A DNA stretch of 64,000 nucleotides from Dictyostelium discoideum (Eukaryota). This document shows, piece by piece, positions 37,887 through 47,949 of the stretch. The number at the start of each line of letters is the position of its first letter. Position 1 is the first letter of the stretch. The translations under genes were made by a program, and so were the position numbers. The stretch covers positions 1,760,001-1,824,000 of the forward strand of contig CM000152.2 of the NCBI GenBank assembly GCA_000004695.1, written 5' to 3'. Under the pieces are notes generated by a model. That model was not told where the DNA came from. It searched no databases and saw only the letters and a list, made by a program, of their open reading frames with translations.

Positions 37887-38899
37887 ATGAGTAGAAGATC
37901 ACAACCACAACAAAATTCTCAATCACAAAGACCACAACCACCTTCACAATCAAGGAGTAATAATAATAGTAATAATAATTATAATAATAGATATGAACCA
38001 ACAGATGGTGATGATGATGAAATTGAATATAATGCACAACATAGATTATTATTAGATCAATTTACAAAACGTAGAATTATTAGTACAGAAACATTAAAGA
38101 AACTAGTGATGACAGTTAATAGAATAACACAAGTAAACATTTCATTAGATGATTATATCAATTCATTAAATTCAAAAATTATGGAAGTTGGCTTACAAAT
38201 TAAAATTTTAAATACTGATGGTATAAATGATTATATTTTAACAAATCTCAAACCAGATGAATGTGCAAGATATGCTACTCATTATTCTGGTGATGAATTG
38301 AAATTCTTTAAATTAATTGTAAAATTTTTCATTATTAATTAATAATATAATAATAATAAATAATAATAAATAATAATAATAATAATAATATTAATTAAAA
38401 ATATAATCTATATTTGAATTTAAAATTTAGTTAAAAATGTTTATAGAATCAAGAGTTGGATTAAAAAAAAATGATATTTTAACATTAGGTAGAGATGAGC
38501 TTAAAATTAAATTGTCAGATGCAGATAATTTGTTTAGAAAATTTGCAGAGGATGGTTGGTTAAGATTATCAGCATCCAAATCATTCACAACATTAACAAA
38601 TAGAGCTTTATCAGATATGGCACCATTACTTGATGGTATTCCAAACTGTGCATTATGTCATACAATTTGTGTTTTATTAGAAGTAAGTATTGATTATATC
38701 TATACTATAAAATTTTTTTTTTTAAAAATAATTTATTAATTTTTTTTTTTTTTTTTGTTTTTTAATTTTTTCCCTTTAGGATGAAAGTGTTCAATGTCCA
38801 AATGAAGATTGTGCTGTAATGCACTCTCATTGTGCAGAAGGATGGTTTAAAGCAAATAAAAATAAATGTCCATCTTGTTCGACAAGAATGGATTTTTAA
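37887..38899 (+). CDS. nse1: Nse1 (non-SMC element 1 of the SMC5/6 complex) with C-terminal RING-like zinc finger; exons join(37887..38318,38431..38682,38780..38899), 267 aa
   Basis: The C-terminus GIPNCALCHTICVLLEDESVQCPNEDCAVMHSHCAEGWFKANKNKCPSCSTRMDF matches the NSMCE1 RING-like signature (C.IC......C..C....H..C...WF......CP.C). The middle region DADNLFRKFAEDGWL matches the Nse1 winged helix (EAEQVLQKFVQNKWL). Donors GTAAAA (38319) and GTAAGT (38683); acceptors AAAATTTAG (38429-38430) and CCCTTTAG (38778-38779); all phase 0. Length is close to human NSMCE1 (266 aa). Confidence 0.75.
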
Positions 38900-39446
38900 A
38901 AATGTAATTTCTTTCTTTTTAAAAATGTAATTTTTTTTTAATTTTAATTAATAATTGTGTTGCCTTTGGGTTATGTTAAATGATGGAATGAAAAGGAAAT
39001 TATCACCATTTTGGATCTTTCGACTTTCTTAATGAATGGTCAAAAATTGAGTCCAATTTATTTTGAAATTTCAAAGTTTATTAATAATCAACTCTATGAT
39101 AACAATCGGTGATGTAAGGACTGGCATTCTGGTTAATGGTAGTTATATGAACACCTTTCTCTCCAAGAATTCATCGAAAAAAAAATAAAAGATATTAAAT
39201 GAATTAAAATATCATTTTCTAGTTTTTTTTTTCTTTTTTTTTTTTTTTATTATTATTATAATTAATATTTTGTGTGTTTGTTTTTATATTCTGGTCAAAA
39301 TAGTAGGATGGTGTATATAGTAATCACCCTTAAAGATACTCAAAATAGAGAAATGAAATTTAAATTTCATGAAACTTTTTTAAATTTTCATTACAATATT
39401 AGGATTCGAAACTTTTTCTCTGGAATTATCTAAATCTTTTTTTATT

Positions 39447-39461
39447 TTATCGTCGGATTGG
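39447..39461. repeat. 15-bp target-site-duplication copy ATTGGTGATTAATCT (3' flank of the first TRE5-A)
   Basis: Identical 15-mer also at 45334..45348 and 47950..47964, i.e. at all three element/flank boundaries of the tandem pair. Confidence 0.7.
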
Positions 39462-39907
39462 TGATTAATCTTTTTTTTTTTTGAATTGGATAACGCAATT
39501 ATTATTTGCTTCTCCTTGAGATGCTAGATCTCATTTTATTTTATTTTTTTTTTTTTTTTTTACAGGGTCTCTAAAAGAGGGGTTAGTTTACTTTTTTTTT
39601 TTTTTTTTTTTTTTGTTTCGAATTTTGAATTGTATTATTACTTTTGATTAAAACATCTTTTTTGTCCAAACTTTTTTCTAAATCTTTTTTTATTTTATCG
39701 TCTGGTTCGTGATTGATGTTTATGACGTATTTGAATTGTTTTTTTTTTAATTGAGTTTTATCCACAATTTCGCTTATTTTTTGTAGGCATTTGTGTTGCT
39801 TAATATTTGTGGGGTTGTTTGTGATTTTCATTTTATTTTCTTTCTATTTTTTATATTTTTCTTTAAAAAGTTAAAAATCTGGAAATTTTCTGATTAACTT
39901 GGGTTCC

Positions 39908-39974
<67 letters not shown>

Positions 39975-42293
39975 TTATTTATAGAAAGTACTGAGTGAAT
40001 TATTGTATTTTTTGAGATGTTTAGGAAGTTCTATTGCGTGAAGAGGTGAGTTCCATTGTCTGCTAAATTGTAATAGCTTTAGCGAGATTAGTGAGTCTAA
40101 TTTATTTTGTTCTTCTGGCCGTTGCTTTGATTTGATTCTTAATGTTTTGTTTATAACCGCTTGTGTCCTGTCCCATGCAGCTCTTTGTGTTTTAATTAGT
40201 TCACGTATGACTTGTTGTCTGTGAATTATTATTTCTTTTTCATCGTGAATGAGTTTATTTCTTTTGTGCCAGATTTTATCGAATATAATAGCTATTAAAT
40301 TGGCTACTAGTGCAATTTGTAGATGGTTTAAAATCTTCACATTCCAGGTGTGAGTGGTGTGTCCACACTTAGTTAGGGTGTAGTTGAAGATTTCTTGTGT
40401 GTTTTTGATGTGGGCTTTGCAGTTGAAGAATATATGTTCTGAGGTCTCATCTTCCCCACACTGTTGGCATGGCATGTTGTATATTTTTGGTAGTGCTTTC
40501 AGTGTGTATCTCCATAATAGATCTCTACCTTTCATGTTTATTATTTTTTTGATTTCTTTAAATGGAAGGTGTTTGCTATTAATTTTGGTCATTATTTCTT
40601 TTTGGCCAGGAGTTGGTATGAATTTGTTGTGTTCAGGAGATTGAGTTGTCATCATATCCTCGTATATTTTTTTTAATTTTGGGAGGTGTTCGTAGTGTGT
40701 TTGTTTATTTTGTGGAGTTTTTAATTGGGTCCATGCTTGCTTGCATTGCCAGTGTAGTTGTAGTTGATTTTGTTTTGTTGTTGTTTTGTTGTTGTTGTTG
40801 TTTTTGAGTTCCTCTTCCCACAGTTTTATATATGAACTAGGAGTGTTACTTACTCTTTGGTGGAGGTATCTTTCGAATAACCATGCTTTCTGTGCTAGTT
40901 CTCTTGTCTTCAGGTTCCATAAGTTTAGGCCACCATTGATATAGTTGTTTTGTCTTCTTTGTAGTGAAAGAGAGTTTTTAGATTTTGTGTTGAAAACGAA
41001 TTTTACGATGTTATTTTCAATACTATTGTGTTGTGGTGTGGTGTTGATGTAAGTGTGGAACGTTAACTGAGATAGTGCATATGTTTTTGCCATTATGAGT
41101 CTGCCCATATAGGTTGATGAAGTTGAGTTCCATGTTACTAGTTTAGCTCTGATGTTGTCTGAGATTGTATTGATTTTGGATTTGATACCCTTATTGTTGA
41201 AGTCAAAGCCGAGGTACCTTTCGTTTGATTTTATGACGGTGTATAGCGTTCTGGTGTTCCATTTGAAAGTGATACACGAGCATTTGGTTTGGTTTATTTT
41301 TGCGCTGGTTGCTTGGCAAAACTTCTTGATCCATTCATTCATGAGGAAATGGTCCATAAAGTTGTATGCTATTGTTGCTGTATCATCGGCGAACTGTAGT
41401 ATTTTAATGGTTTCTTTGGTTACACCATTGATGCAGCGGTCATTTATTATAGTAGTTGCCATGCATTCAACCACTAATGCGAAGATAGTGGGAGAGATAG
41501 GATCCCCTTGTTTGGTTCCTCTTTTTGATGTAAAGCTTTTAGATAATGAGTTATTGATGTACCCTGATGTTTCTGATTCATTGAGTAAGTTCATTATTGT
41601 GAGGACCATTTTGAGTGGTAGTTTTAGATGTGCAAGAGTACGTAGAATGGCGTTATGTGAGATTGAATCGAATGCTTTTTCAAAATCATAAAATGTTATG
41701 ATTGGTTCCATATCCTCTTTTGTGTTAATCTCTCGTTTTATTATTTCTATTGTTGAGTTTAAGGTGATGATGTTATCGTGCAGTAGTCTTCTTGGTACGA
41801 ATCCAGTTTGGAATGGTGAGATTATTTTGTTTAAGAACTTCAGGATCCTATTGTTGATTATTTTCGAATAGATTTTGTAATCGACATTTAGAAGTGTTAT
41901 TGGTCTATAGTTATCCAGGTTGTTTGGGTCTCCTTTGTTTTTATATATAGTAATCAATATCCCTTGTTTGAAGTCCTTTGGGATTGTTGTGTTCCAGAAG
42001 TGATTGTATAGTTTTGATATTATTGGTAGAATTTCATTAATGTGGTTTTTGTAAAATGTTGGAAGGAGTCCATCTTTACCAGGTGCTTTTCCTTCTTGTA
42101 TTTTTTCAATGCCTAGTCTGATTTCGTATTCTTCTATTGGTTGATTAATTTCGTCCAATATCTTTTGATCAATCCTTTTATTGAATGTTTTTAGGAGTTC
42201 GTGGTGAGTGTCTTCGTTGCATTCTCTCTTCTGGTACAGGTTCTCGTAATATCTTCTTGCTACTTCGAGGATATCCTCGTTTTTTGTTACCAA
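39975..42293 (-). CDS. TRE5-A ORF2 reverse-transcriptase and C-terminal segment (772 aa as listed; in frame with 42351..43196)
   Basis: RT motifs are present (...ISPFQTGFVPRRLLHDNI..., QFADDTATIA). The C-terminal 120 aa are duplicated almost exactly in the truncated copy at 16401..16766. Confidence 0.85.
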   Translation of the reverse strand: MVTKNEDILEVARRYYENLYQKRECNEDTHHELLKTFNKRIDQKILDEINQPIEEYEIRLGIEKIQEGKAPGKDGLLPTFYKNHINEILPIISKLYNHFWNTTIPKDFKQGILITIYKNKGDPNNLDNYRPITLLNVDYKIYSKIINNRILKFLNKIISPFQTGFVPRRLLHDNIITLNSTIEIIKREINTKEDMEPIITFYDFEKAFDSISHNAILRTLAHLKLPLKMVLTIMNLLNESETSGYINNSLSKSFTSKRGTKQGDPISPTIFALVVECMATTIINDRCINGVTKETIKILQFADDTATIAYNFMDHFLMNEWIKKFCQATSAKINQTKCSCITFKWNTRTLYTVIKSNERYLGFDFNNKGIKSKINTISDNIRAKLVTWNSTSSTYMGRLIMAKTYALSQLTFHTYINTTPQHNSIENNIVKFVFNTKSKNSLSLQRRQNNYINGGLNLWNLKTRELAQKAWLFERYLHQRVSNTPSSYIKLWEEELKNNNNNKTTTKQNQLQLHWQCKQAWTQLKTPQNKQTHYEHLPKLKKIYEDMMTTQSPEHNKFIPTPGQKEIMTKINSKHLPFKEIKKIINMKGRDLLWRYTLKALPKIYNMPCQQCGEDETSEHIFFNCKAHIKNTQEIFNYTLTKCGHTTHTWNVKILNHLQIALVANLIAIIFDKIWHKRNKLIHDEKEIIIHRQQVIRELIKTQRAAWDRTQAVINKTLRIKSKQRPEEQNKLDSLISLKLLQFSRQWNSPLHAIELPKHLKKYNNSLSTFYK

Positions 42294-42350
42294 ACAATTG
42301 TTGCTTGGATCTAGAATTTGAGGGATTTCATTTGTCTTTCTTTGGACTTT

Positions 42351-43196
42351 TCACCTTCTGGTTAAGTATTTTGATGGTGTTTCTTTGTTGTTGATGTGGG
42401 TGTTGGTTTGGTTTGCTTGTTTTATTCTTACTTGTTCCTTTAGAATATTGTTGATCTCTTCTTTAAGGAAGATTGCTCTTGAATCTTTGGCTGTTTCGAG
42501 TTTTTCTGCGAGTTCTTTTAGTTTGTTTTTGGTTTTATTGCTTTCTCTAATTTCTATATTAATTGACAGTTTCTTTATTTCATCTTTTAGTTTCAACCAT
42601 TGTTCGCAAATGTTTAATTTGTACCATTTGCTGGTGTTCTCTTCGAATTTTTTATTGTAGTATTTAATTGTTTTATTAATTTTGAGGCTGGTTGAATTCA
42701 TTTTGAGAGTTTCTAGGTTTTGTCTCCATAGTCTTTCTCCTTTCTTTTGTTGCTCGTATTCTGGTATTTTTAATTCAATGATTACCATGTTGTGATCAGA
42801 TTTTAATTTGATTTCCTTAGTAGTAACTATTGGGTTTAGATGGAGTATCTTCTTTGAGACAAAGACCCTATCGATGGTTGATTTGTTTCTTGGAAATGTG
42901 ATTCCATTCTTAATTTCTGTAAATTCGAATTCGTCGAAGATTGTTTTAATATATTTGTTAAGGTTATTATCCACTGAACAGTCTACATTGAAGTCTCCAG
43001 TTATAATATCGCTGTGTAGTATTTCTTCTGTGAGATTTTCCTTATACCATTCATGTCTTTCGTTTGACTTTGCTGGGGCATAAATGGTTGTGCATTTGAT
43101 CTGTGTTTTTGCAATCATCCATTCGGAAGATATAATTCTTTCGTTTATTGTTTTTGTTGTTGTTTTTATTTGGGTGTTGATGATGATTTGTGACAC
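42351..43196 (-). CDS. TRE5-A ORF2 N-terminal segment (apurinic/apyrimidinic-endonuclease-like domain), terminated by an in-frame TGA at 42353..42351
   Basis: 281-aa ORF ...DHNMVIIELK... ending ...ETPSKYLTRR*. The same reading frame continues after the TGA for 19 codons (KVQRKTNEIPQILDPSNNC) into the 772-aa RT ORF, so ORF2 is interrupted by a single nonsense codon, not a frameshift. Confidence 0.75.
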   Translation of the reverse strand: MSQIIINTQIKTTTKTINERIISSEWMIAKTQIKCTTIYAPAKSNERHEWYKENLTEEILHSDIITGDFNVDCSVDNNLNKYIKTIFDEFEFTEIKNGITFPRNKSTIDRVFVSKKILHLNPIVTTKEIKLKSDHNMVIIELKIPEYEQQKKGERLWRQNLETLKMNSTSLKINKTIKYYNKKFEENTSKWYKLNICEQWLKLKDEIKKLSINIEIRESNKTKNKLKELAEKLETAKDSRAIFLKEEINNILKEQVRIKQANQTNTHINNKETPSKYLTRR

Positions 43197-43408
43197 CCCT
43201 TGTCCTGTTTTATCAATTGGTGCGTGGTGTGTTATTTTGTTTTTATATTGTTGATTTATTGAGTAAATTTTATTTGTTTTTATATTTGTTTCAGTTAGAA
43301 GTGCTGCGTCCAGCTTGTTGTTGTCTAATACGGTGTTTATTATGCTGGCAGATTGGATGGTGTTGGATCCTTGGACGTTCCAAACACCTATTCTTATTGT
43401 GTTTTTCT

Positions 43409-44743
43409 TTATAGTTTTATTTGGGGTAGATTTTTATCTACCTTTTGAAGTTTCTGGTTTATTTTGTCTTCTAACTGATCTTTACTTTGTTCGTTGTGTT
43501 GTTGGTCTTGTGTGTTTGTGGGGTTTTTTGATTTACTGATTTGTTTTAGAATTTCCTTGTTGAAGTTGTCTATATCTTCATCCATTTTTGTTTTTATGCT
43601 TTTTTGTCCATATTCACCCAATTTTGGTTTGACTGGTGTTTTGTTGGTCCTGTTTGTTTTGTCTTGTTGTTTGTTTTTTGGTGTGTTTAACAATTTACTT
43701 GGTGAATCGATAATTTTCGATGGTGTACCATAGGTTGGGCTGAAACTCATGATATGTTTTATTGGAGAGGAGAAGAACCATTGATTTGAAGGGATTGAAA
43801 GTGGGAATTCTATTTTTCTTATTGCATCAGTGTTTGGGCTGGTGAAGTCGAAGATATCATTTACCTCTCTAAGTTTTTCTTCCGTTGTTAGTCTCTTTGT
43901 TTCGCCGTGTTGTTTTATTGGTGTATTGTATGGAGATGGTGGTTCAATAGGTTTTTCTGATTTTGTTTTAATTTCTTGATTGTTTATCGATTGGGTATTG
44001 ATCTCATTCTCTATTCTTGTTAGTTCATCTACGTTTTCTAGTGATGCATCTATTACCTTTTGAGCTGTATCATCTAGGGCCATAAATGTTTTATCATTAG
44101 ATGAGGAGGTGATTGGTGGGATAATGATTGTTCTTTTTCCTTGTTTTGGTATTTGTTCTGATGTAGATTGTGGTTGTTGTTCATCTGATTGTTTTTTATT
44201 TTTGTTTTCTTCTTGATTTTCTGGTAATGAGGTTTGATCTCTCCATCCTTTGTTGGAGTGACCAATTAATGTTAGATTGTCTAGTTCAATGATAGTGTCA
44301 TATTCTTCTACGACTCTTTTCACTGTTTTGATAATTAGAGTTTCGCCTTTAATTTCAGATTTAATTAGTTTACATCCTTCATTTTCTATTACCCATTCTA
44401 TTTCTGTGAGTGATTTATACCAATCGAAATCCGTATACATATTTTTTGGTCTTAGAGTGGTTATAAATTGTCCTTTTAATTCTGCATCGAACATATTTAC
44501 AAAATAGATTACTGTACTAATACTGTCTGTGAGAATTTTGAATGTATTATTACTTTTGATTAAAACATCTTTTTTGTCCAAACTTTTTTCTAAATCTTTT
44601 TTTATTTTATCGTCTGGTTCGTGATTGATGTTTATGACGTATTTGAATTGTTTTTTTTTTAATTGAGTTTTATCCACAATTTCGCTTATTTTTTGTAGGC
44701 ATTTGTGTTGCTTAATATTTGTGGTGTTGTTTGTGATTTTCAT
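43409..44743 (-). CDS. TRE5-A ORF1 protein (444 aa)
   Basis: Long ORF MKITNNTTNIKQHKCLQKISEIVDKTQLKKKQFKYVININHEPDDKIKKDLEKSL.... It is 98-99 percent identical to the second copy at 46047..47381, and its N-terminus is duplicated in the 3' B-modules. Confidence 0.85.
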   Translation of the reverse strand: MKITNNTTNIKQHKCLQKISEIVDKTQLKKKQFKYVININHEPDDKIKKDLEKSLDKKDVLIKSNNTFKILTDSISTVIYFVNMFDAELKGQFITTLRPKNMYTDFDWYKSLTEIEWVIENEGCKLIKSEIKGETLIIKTVKRVVEEYDTIIELDNLTLIGHSNKGWRDQTSLPENQEENKNKKQSDEQQPQSTSEQIPKQGKRTIIIPPITSSSNDKTFMALDDTAQKVIDASLENVDELTRIENEINTQSINNQEIKTKSEKPIEPPSPYNTPIKQHGETKRLTTEEKLREVNDIFDFTSPNTDAIRKIEFPLSIPSNQWFFSSPIKHIMSFSPTYGTPSKIIDSPSKLLNTPKNKQQDKTNRTNKTPVKPKLGEYGQKSIKTKMDEDIDNFNKEILKQISKSKNPTNTQDQQHNEQSKDQLEDKINQKLQKVDKNLPQIKL

Positions 44744-44819
44744 TTTATTTTCTTTCTATCTTTTATATTTTTCTTTAAAAAGTTAAAAATCTGGAAATTT
44801 TCTGATTAACTTGGGTTCC

Positions 44820-44862
<43 letters not shown>

Positions 44863-44865
<3 letters not shown>

Positions 44866-45332
44866 TCTTTTTTATATGAAAAATGAAATAATCAAAAAAA
44901 GAGATTGTTGTTGTTGTTTGTTTTTTTTCGATCTGATTATTTTTTGCTTTTTTTTGAAAATTTTGCTACGCAAAATTCTCAAAACGAAACAAATAATAAA
45001 TTACAATAAAGTAAAAAGATGGCTTTTTAAGATAGTTTATTTATTTATTTATTTGTTTTTTAAGTCTTTTTTATATGAAAAATGAAATAATCAAAAAAAG
45101 AGATTGTTGTTGTTGTTTGTTTTTTTTCGATCTGATTATTTTTTGCTTTTTTTTGAAAATTTTGCTACGCAAAATTCTCAAAACGAAACAAATAATAAAT
45201 TACAATAAAGTAAAAAGATGGCTTTTTAAGATAGTTTATTTATTTATTTATTTGTTTTTTAAGTCTTTTTTATATGAAAAATGAAATAATCAAAAAAAGA
45301 GATTGTTGTTGTTGTTTGTTTTTTTTCGATCT
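44863..45332 (-). repeat. TRE5-A A-module tandem array: 199-bp unit x ~2.4 at the 5' end of the first TRE5-A copy
   Basis: Units start at 44863, 45062 and 45261 (aagtcttttttatatgaaaaatgaaataatcaaaaaaagagattgttgttgttgtttg...). The last unit is truncated at CGATCT where it meets the target-site copy at 45333. Confidence 0.7.
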
Positions 45333-45333
45333 C

Positions 45334-45348
45334 ATTGGTGATTAATCT
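45334..45348. repeat. 15-bp copy ATTGGTGATTAATCT at the junction between the first TRE5-A 5' end and the second copy's oligo(A)
   Basis: See 39447..39461. Confidence 0.7.
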
Positions 45349-45689
45349 TTTTTTTTTTTTTTTTTTTTTTTTTTGAATTGGATAACGCAATTATTATTTG
45401 CTTCTCCTTGAGATGCTAGATCTCATTTTATTTTTTTTTTTTTTTTACAGGGTCTTTTTGATTAAAACATCTTTTTTGTCCAAACTTTTTTCTAAATCTT
45501 TTTTTATTTTATCGTCTGGTTCGTGATTGATGTTTATGACGTATTTGAATTGTTTTTTTTTTTTTAATTGAGTTTTATCCACAATTTCGCTTATTTTTTG
45601 TAGGCATTTGTGTTGCTTAATATTTGTGGTGTTGTTTGTGATTTTCATTTTATTTTCTTTCTATCTTTTTTATTTTTCTGATTAACTTG

Positions 45690-45750
<61 letters not shown>

Positions 45751-46046
45751 TTATAGAAAGTACTGAGTGAATTATTGTATTTTTTGAGATGTTTAGGAAG
45801 TTCTATTGCGGGTGTTGATGATGATTTGTGACACCCCTTGTCCTGTTTTATCAATTGGTGCGTGGTGTGTTATTTTGTTTTTATATTGTTGATTTATTGA
45901 GTAAATTTTATTTGTTTTTATATTTGTTTCAGTTAGAAGTGCTGCGTCCAGCTTGTTGTTGTCTAAAACGGTGTTTATTATGCTGGCAGATTGGATGGTG
46001 TTGGATCCTTGGACGTTCCAAACACCTATTCTTATTGTGTTTTTCT

Positions 46047-47381
46047 TTATAGTTTTATTTGGGGTAGATTTTTATCTACCTTTTGAAGTTTCTGGTTTAT
46101 TTTGTCTTCTAACTGATCTTTACTTTGTTCGTTGTGTTGTTGGTCTTGTGTGTTTGTGGGGTTTTTTGATTTATTGATTTGTTTTAGAATTTCCTTGTTG
46201 AAGTTGTCTATATCTTCATCCATTTTTGTTTTTATGCTTTTTTGTCCATATTCACCCAATTTTGGTTTGACTGGTGTTTTGTTGGTCTTGTTTGTTTTGT
46301 CTTGTTGTTTCTTTTTTGGTGTGTTTAACAATTTACTTGGTGAATCGATAATTTTCGATGGTGTACCATAAGTTGGGCTGAAACTCATGATATGTTTTAT
46401 TGGAGAGGAGAAGAACCATTGATTTGAAGGGATTGAAAGTGGGAATTCTATTTTTCTTATTGCATCAGTGTTTGGGCTGGTGAAGTCGAAGATATCATTT
46501 GCCTCTCTAAGTTTTTCTTCCGTTGTTAGTCCCTTTGTTTCGCCGTGTTGTTTTATTGGTGTATTGTATGGAGATGGTGGTTCAATAGGTTTTTCTGATT
46601 TTGTTTTAATTTCTTGATTGTTTATCGATTGTGTATTGATCTCATTCTCTATTCTTGTTAGTTCATCTACGTTTTCTAGTGATGCTTCTATTACCTTTTG
46701 AGCTGTATCATCTAGGGCCATAAATGTTTTATCATTAGATGAGGATGTGATTGGTGGGATAATGATTGTTCTTTTTCCTTGTTTTGGTATTTGTTCTGAT
46801 GTAGATTGTGGTTGTTGTTCATCTGATTGTTTTTTATTTTTGTTTTCTTCTTGATTTTCTGGTAATGAGGTTTGATCTCTCCATCCTTTGTTGGAGTGTC
46901 CAATTAATGTTAGATTGTCTAGTTCAATGATAGTGTCAAATTCTTCTACGACTCTTTTCACTGTTTTGATAATTAGAGTTTCGCCTTTAATTTCTGATTT
47001 AATTAGTTTACATCCTTCATTTTCTATTACCCATTCTATTTCTGTGAGTGATTTATACCAATCAAAATCTGTATACATATTTTTTGGTCTTATAGTGGTT
47101 ATAAATTGTCCTTTTAATTCTGCATCAAACATATTTACAAAATAGATTACTGTACTAATACTGTCTGTGAGAATTTTGAATGTATTATTACTTTTGATTA
47201 AAACATCTTTTTTGTCCAAACTTTTTTCTAAATCTTTTTTTATTTTATCGTCTGGTTCGTGATTGATGTTTATGACGTATTTGAATTGTTTTTTTTTTAA
47301 TTGAGTTTTATCCACAATTTCGCTTATTTTTTGTAGGCATTTGTGTTGCTTAATATTTGTGGTGTTGTTTGTGATTTTCAT
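46047..47381 (-). CDS. TRE5-A ORF1 protein (444 aa), second copy
   Basis: Near-identical to 43409..44743, with a few substitutions (for example RPKNMYT/IRPKNMYT, EEYD/EEFD). Confidence 0.85.
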   Translation of the reverse strand: MKITNNTTNIKQHKCLQKISEIVDKTQLKKKQFKYVININHEPDDKIKKDLEKSLDKKDVLIKSNNTFKILTDSISTVIYFVNMFDAELKGQFITTIRPKNMYTDFDWYKSLTEIEWVIENEGCKLIKSEIKGETLIIKTVKRVVEEFDTIIELDNLTLIGHSNKGWRDQTSLPENQEENKNKKQSDEQQPQSTSEQIPKQGKRTIIIPPITSSSNDKTFMALDDTAQKVIEASLENVDELTRIENEINTQSINNQEIKTKSEKPIEPPSPYNTPIKQHGETKGLTTEEKLREANDIFDFTSPNTDAIRKIEFPLSIPSNQWFFSSPIKHIMSFSPTYGTPSKIIDSPSKLLNTPKKKQQDKTNKTNKTPVKPKLGEYGQKSIKTKMDEDIDNFNKEILKQINKSKNPTNTQDQQHNEQSKDQLEDKINQKLQKVDKNLPQIKL

Positions 47382-47457
47382 TTTATTTTCTTTCTATTTT
47401 TTTTATTTTTCTTTAAAAAGTTAAAAATCTGGAAATTTTCTAATTAACTTGGGTTCC

Positions 47458-47500
<43 letters not shown>

Positions 47501-47503
<3 letters not shown>

Positions 47504-47949
47504 TCTTTTTTATATGAAAAATGAAATAATCAAAAAAAGAGATTGTTGTTGTTGTTTGTTTTTTTCGATCTGATTATTTTTTGCTTTTTTTTTGAAAATT
47601 TTGCTACGCAAAATTCTCAAAACGAAACAAATAATAAATTACAATAAAGTAAAAAGATGGCTTTTTAAAATAGTTTATTTATTTATTTATTTGTTTTTTA
47701 AGTCTTTTTTATATGAAAAATGAAATAATCAAAAAAAGAGATTGTTGTTGTTGTTTGTTTTTTTCGATCTGATTATTTTTTGCTTTTTTTTTGAAAATTT
47801 TGCTACGCAAAATTCTCAAAACGAAACAAATAATAAATTACAATAAAGTAAAAAGATGGCTTTTTAAAATAGTTTATTTATTTATTTATTTGTTTTTTAA
47901 GTCTTTTTTATATGAAAAATGAAATAATCAAAAAAAGAGATTGTTGTTG
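47501..47949 (-). repeat. TRE5-A A-module tandem array (199-bp unit x ~2.3) at the 5' end of the second copy
   Basis: Units start at 47501, 47700 and 47899. The last unit is truncated at GAGATTGTTGTTG where it meets the flank copy at 47950. Confidence 0.7.

Larger units (their letters stand above)
39462..45332 (-). mobile_element. TRE5-A (DRE) tRNA-gene-targeted non-LTR retrotransposon, near full length (5.87 kb): A-module x2.4, 5' B-module/UTR, ORF1, ORF2, 3' B-module, C-module, oligo(A) 39462..39473
   Basis: ORF1 43409..44743 (444 aa). ORF2 is split into 42351..43196 (AP-endonuclease-like) and 39975..42293 (RT with FADDTA motif plus C-terminal domain). The ORF1 N-terminal segment MKITNNTTNIKQHKC... 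is duplicated in the 3' B-module (39583..39831). The 3' end is oligo(A) followed by the flank ATTGGTGATTAATCT (39447..39461), and the same 15-mer lies just outside the 5' end (45334..45348). Confidence 0.85.
45349..47949 (-). mobile_element. second TRE5-A copy, head to tail with the first and internally deleted: C-module, truncated 3' B-module, ORF2 3' end joined at 45810/45811 to the ORF2 5' end (~3.1 kb missing), ORF1 intact, A-module x2.3
   Basis: Oligo(A) 45349..45375 follows the 15-mer ATTGGTGATTAATCT (45334..45348). C-module 45376..45450 matches 39474..39575. The junction ...ttctattgcg | ggtgttgatgatgatttgtgacacccc joins sequences that are about 3.15 kb apart in the first copy (near 40030 and 43178). 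ORF1 46047..47381 (444 aa). The 5' end at 47949 abuts the same 15-mer (47950..47964), 31 nt before tRNA-Val. Confidence 0.8.

Noticed and set aside
43190-43733. Plus-strand ORFs (43190..43414, 43315..43539, 43494..43733) and their duplicates at 45828..46371
   Set aside because: Antisense to TRE5-A ORF1/ORF2 and repeated only because the element is duplicated. Cys/Leu/Phe-rich with no coding signature.
44863-45332. Regularly spaced 199-bp direct repeats resembling a tandem array (CRISPR-like at first glance)
   Set aside because: Eukaryotic AT-rich genome. Units are contiguous with no spacers and sit at the 5' end of TRE5-A, matching the A-module.
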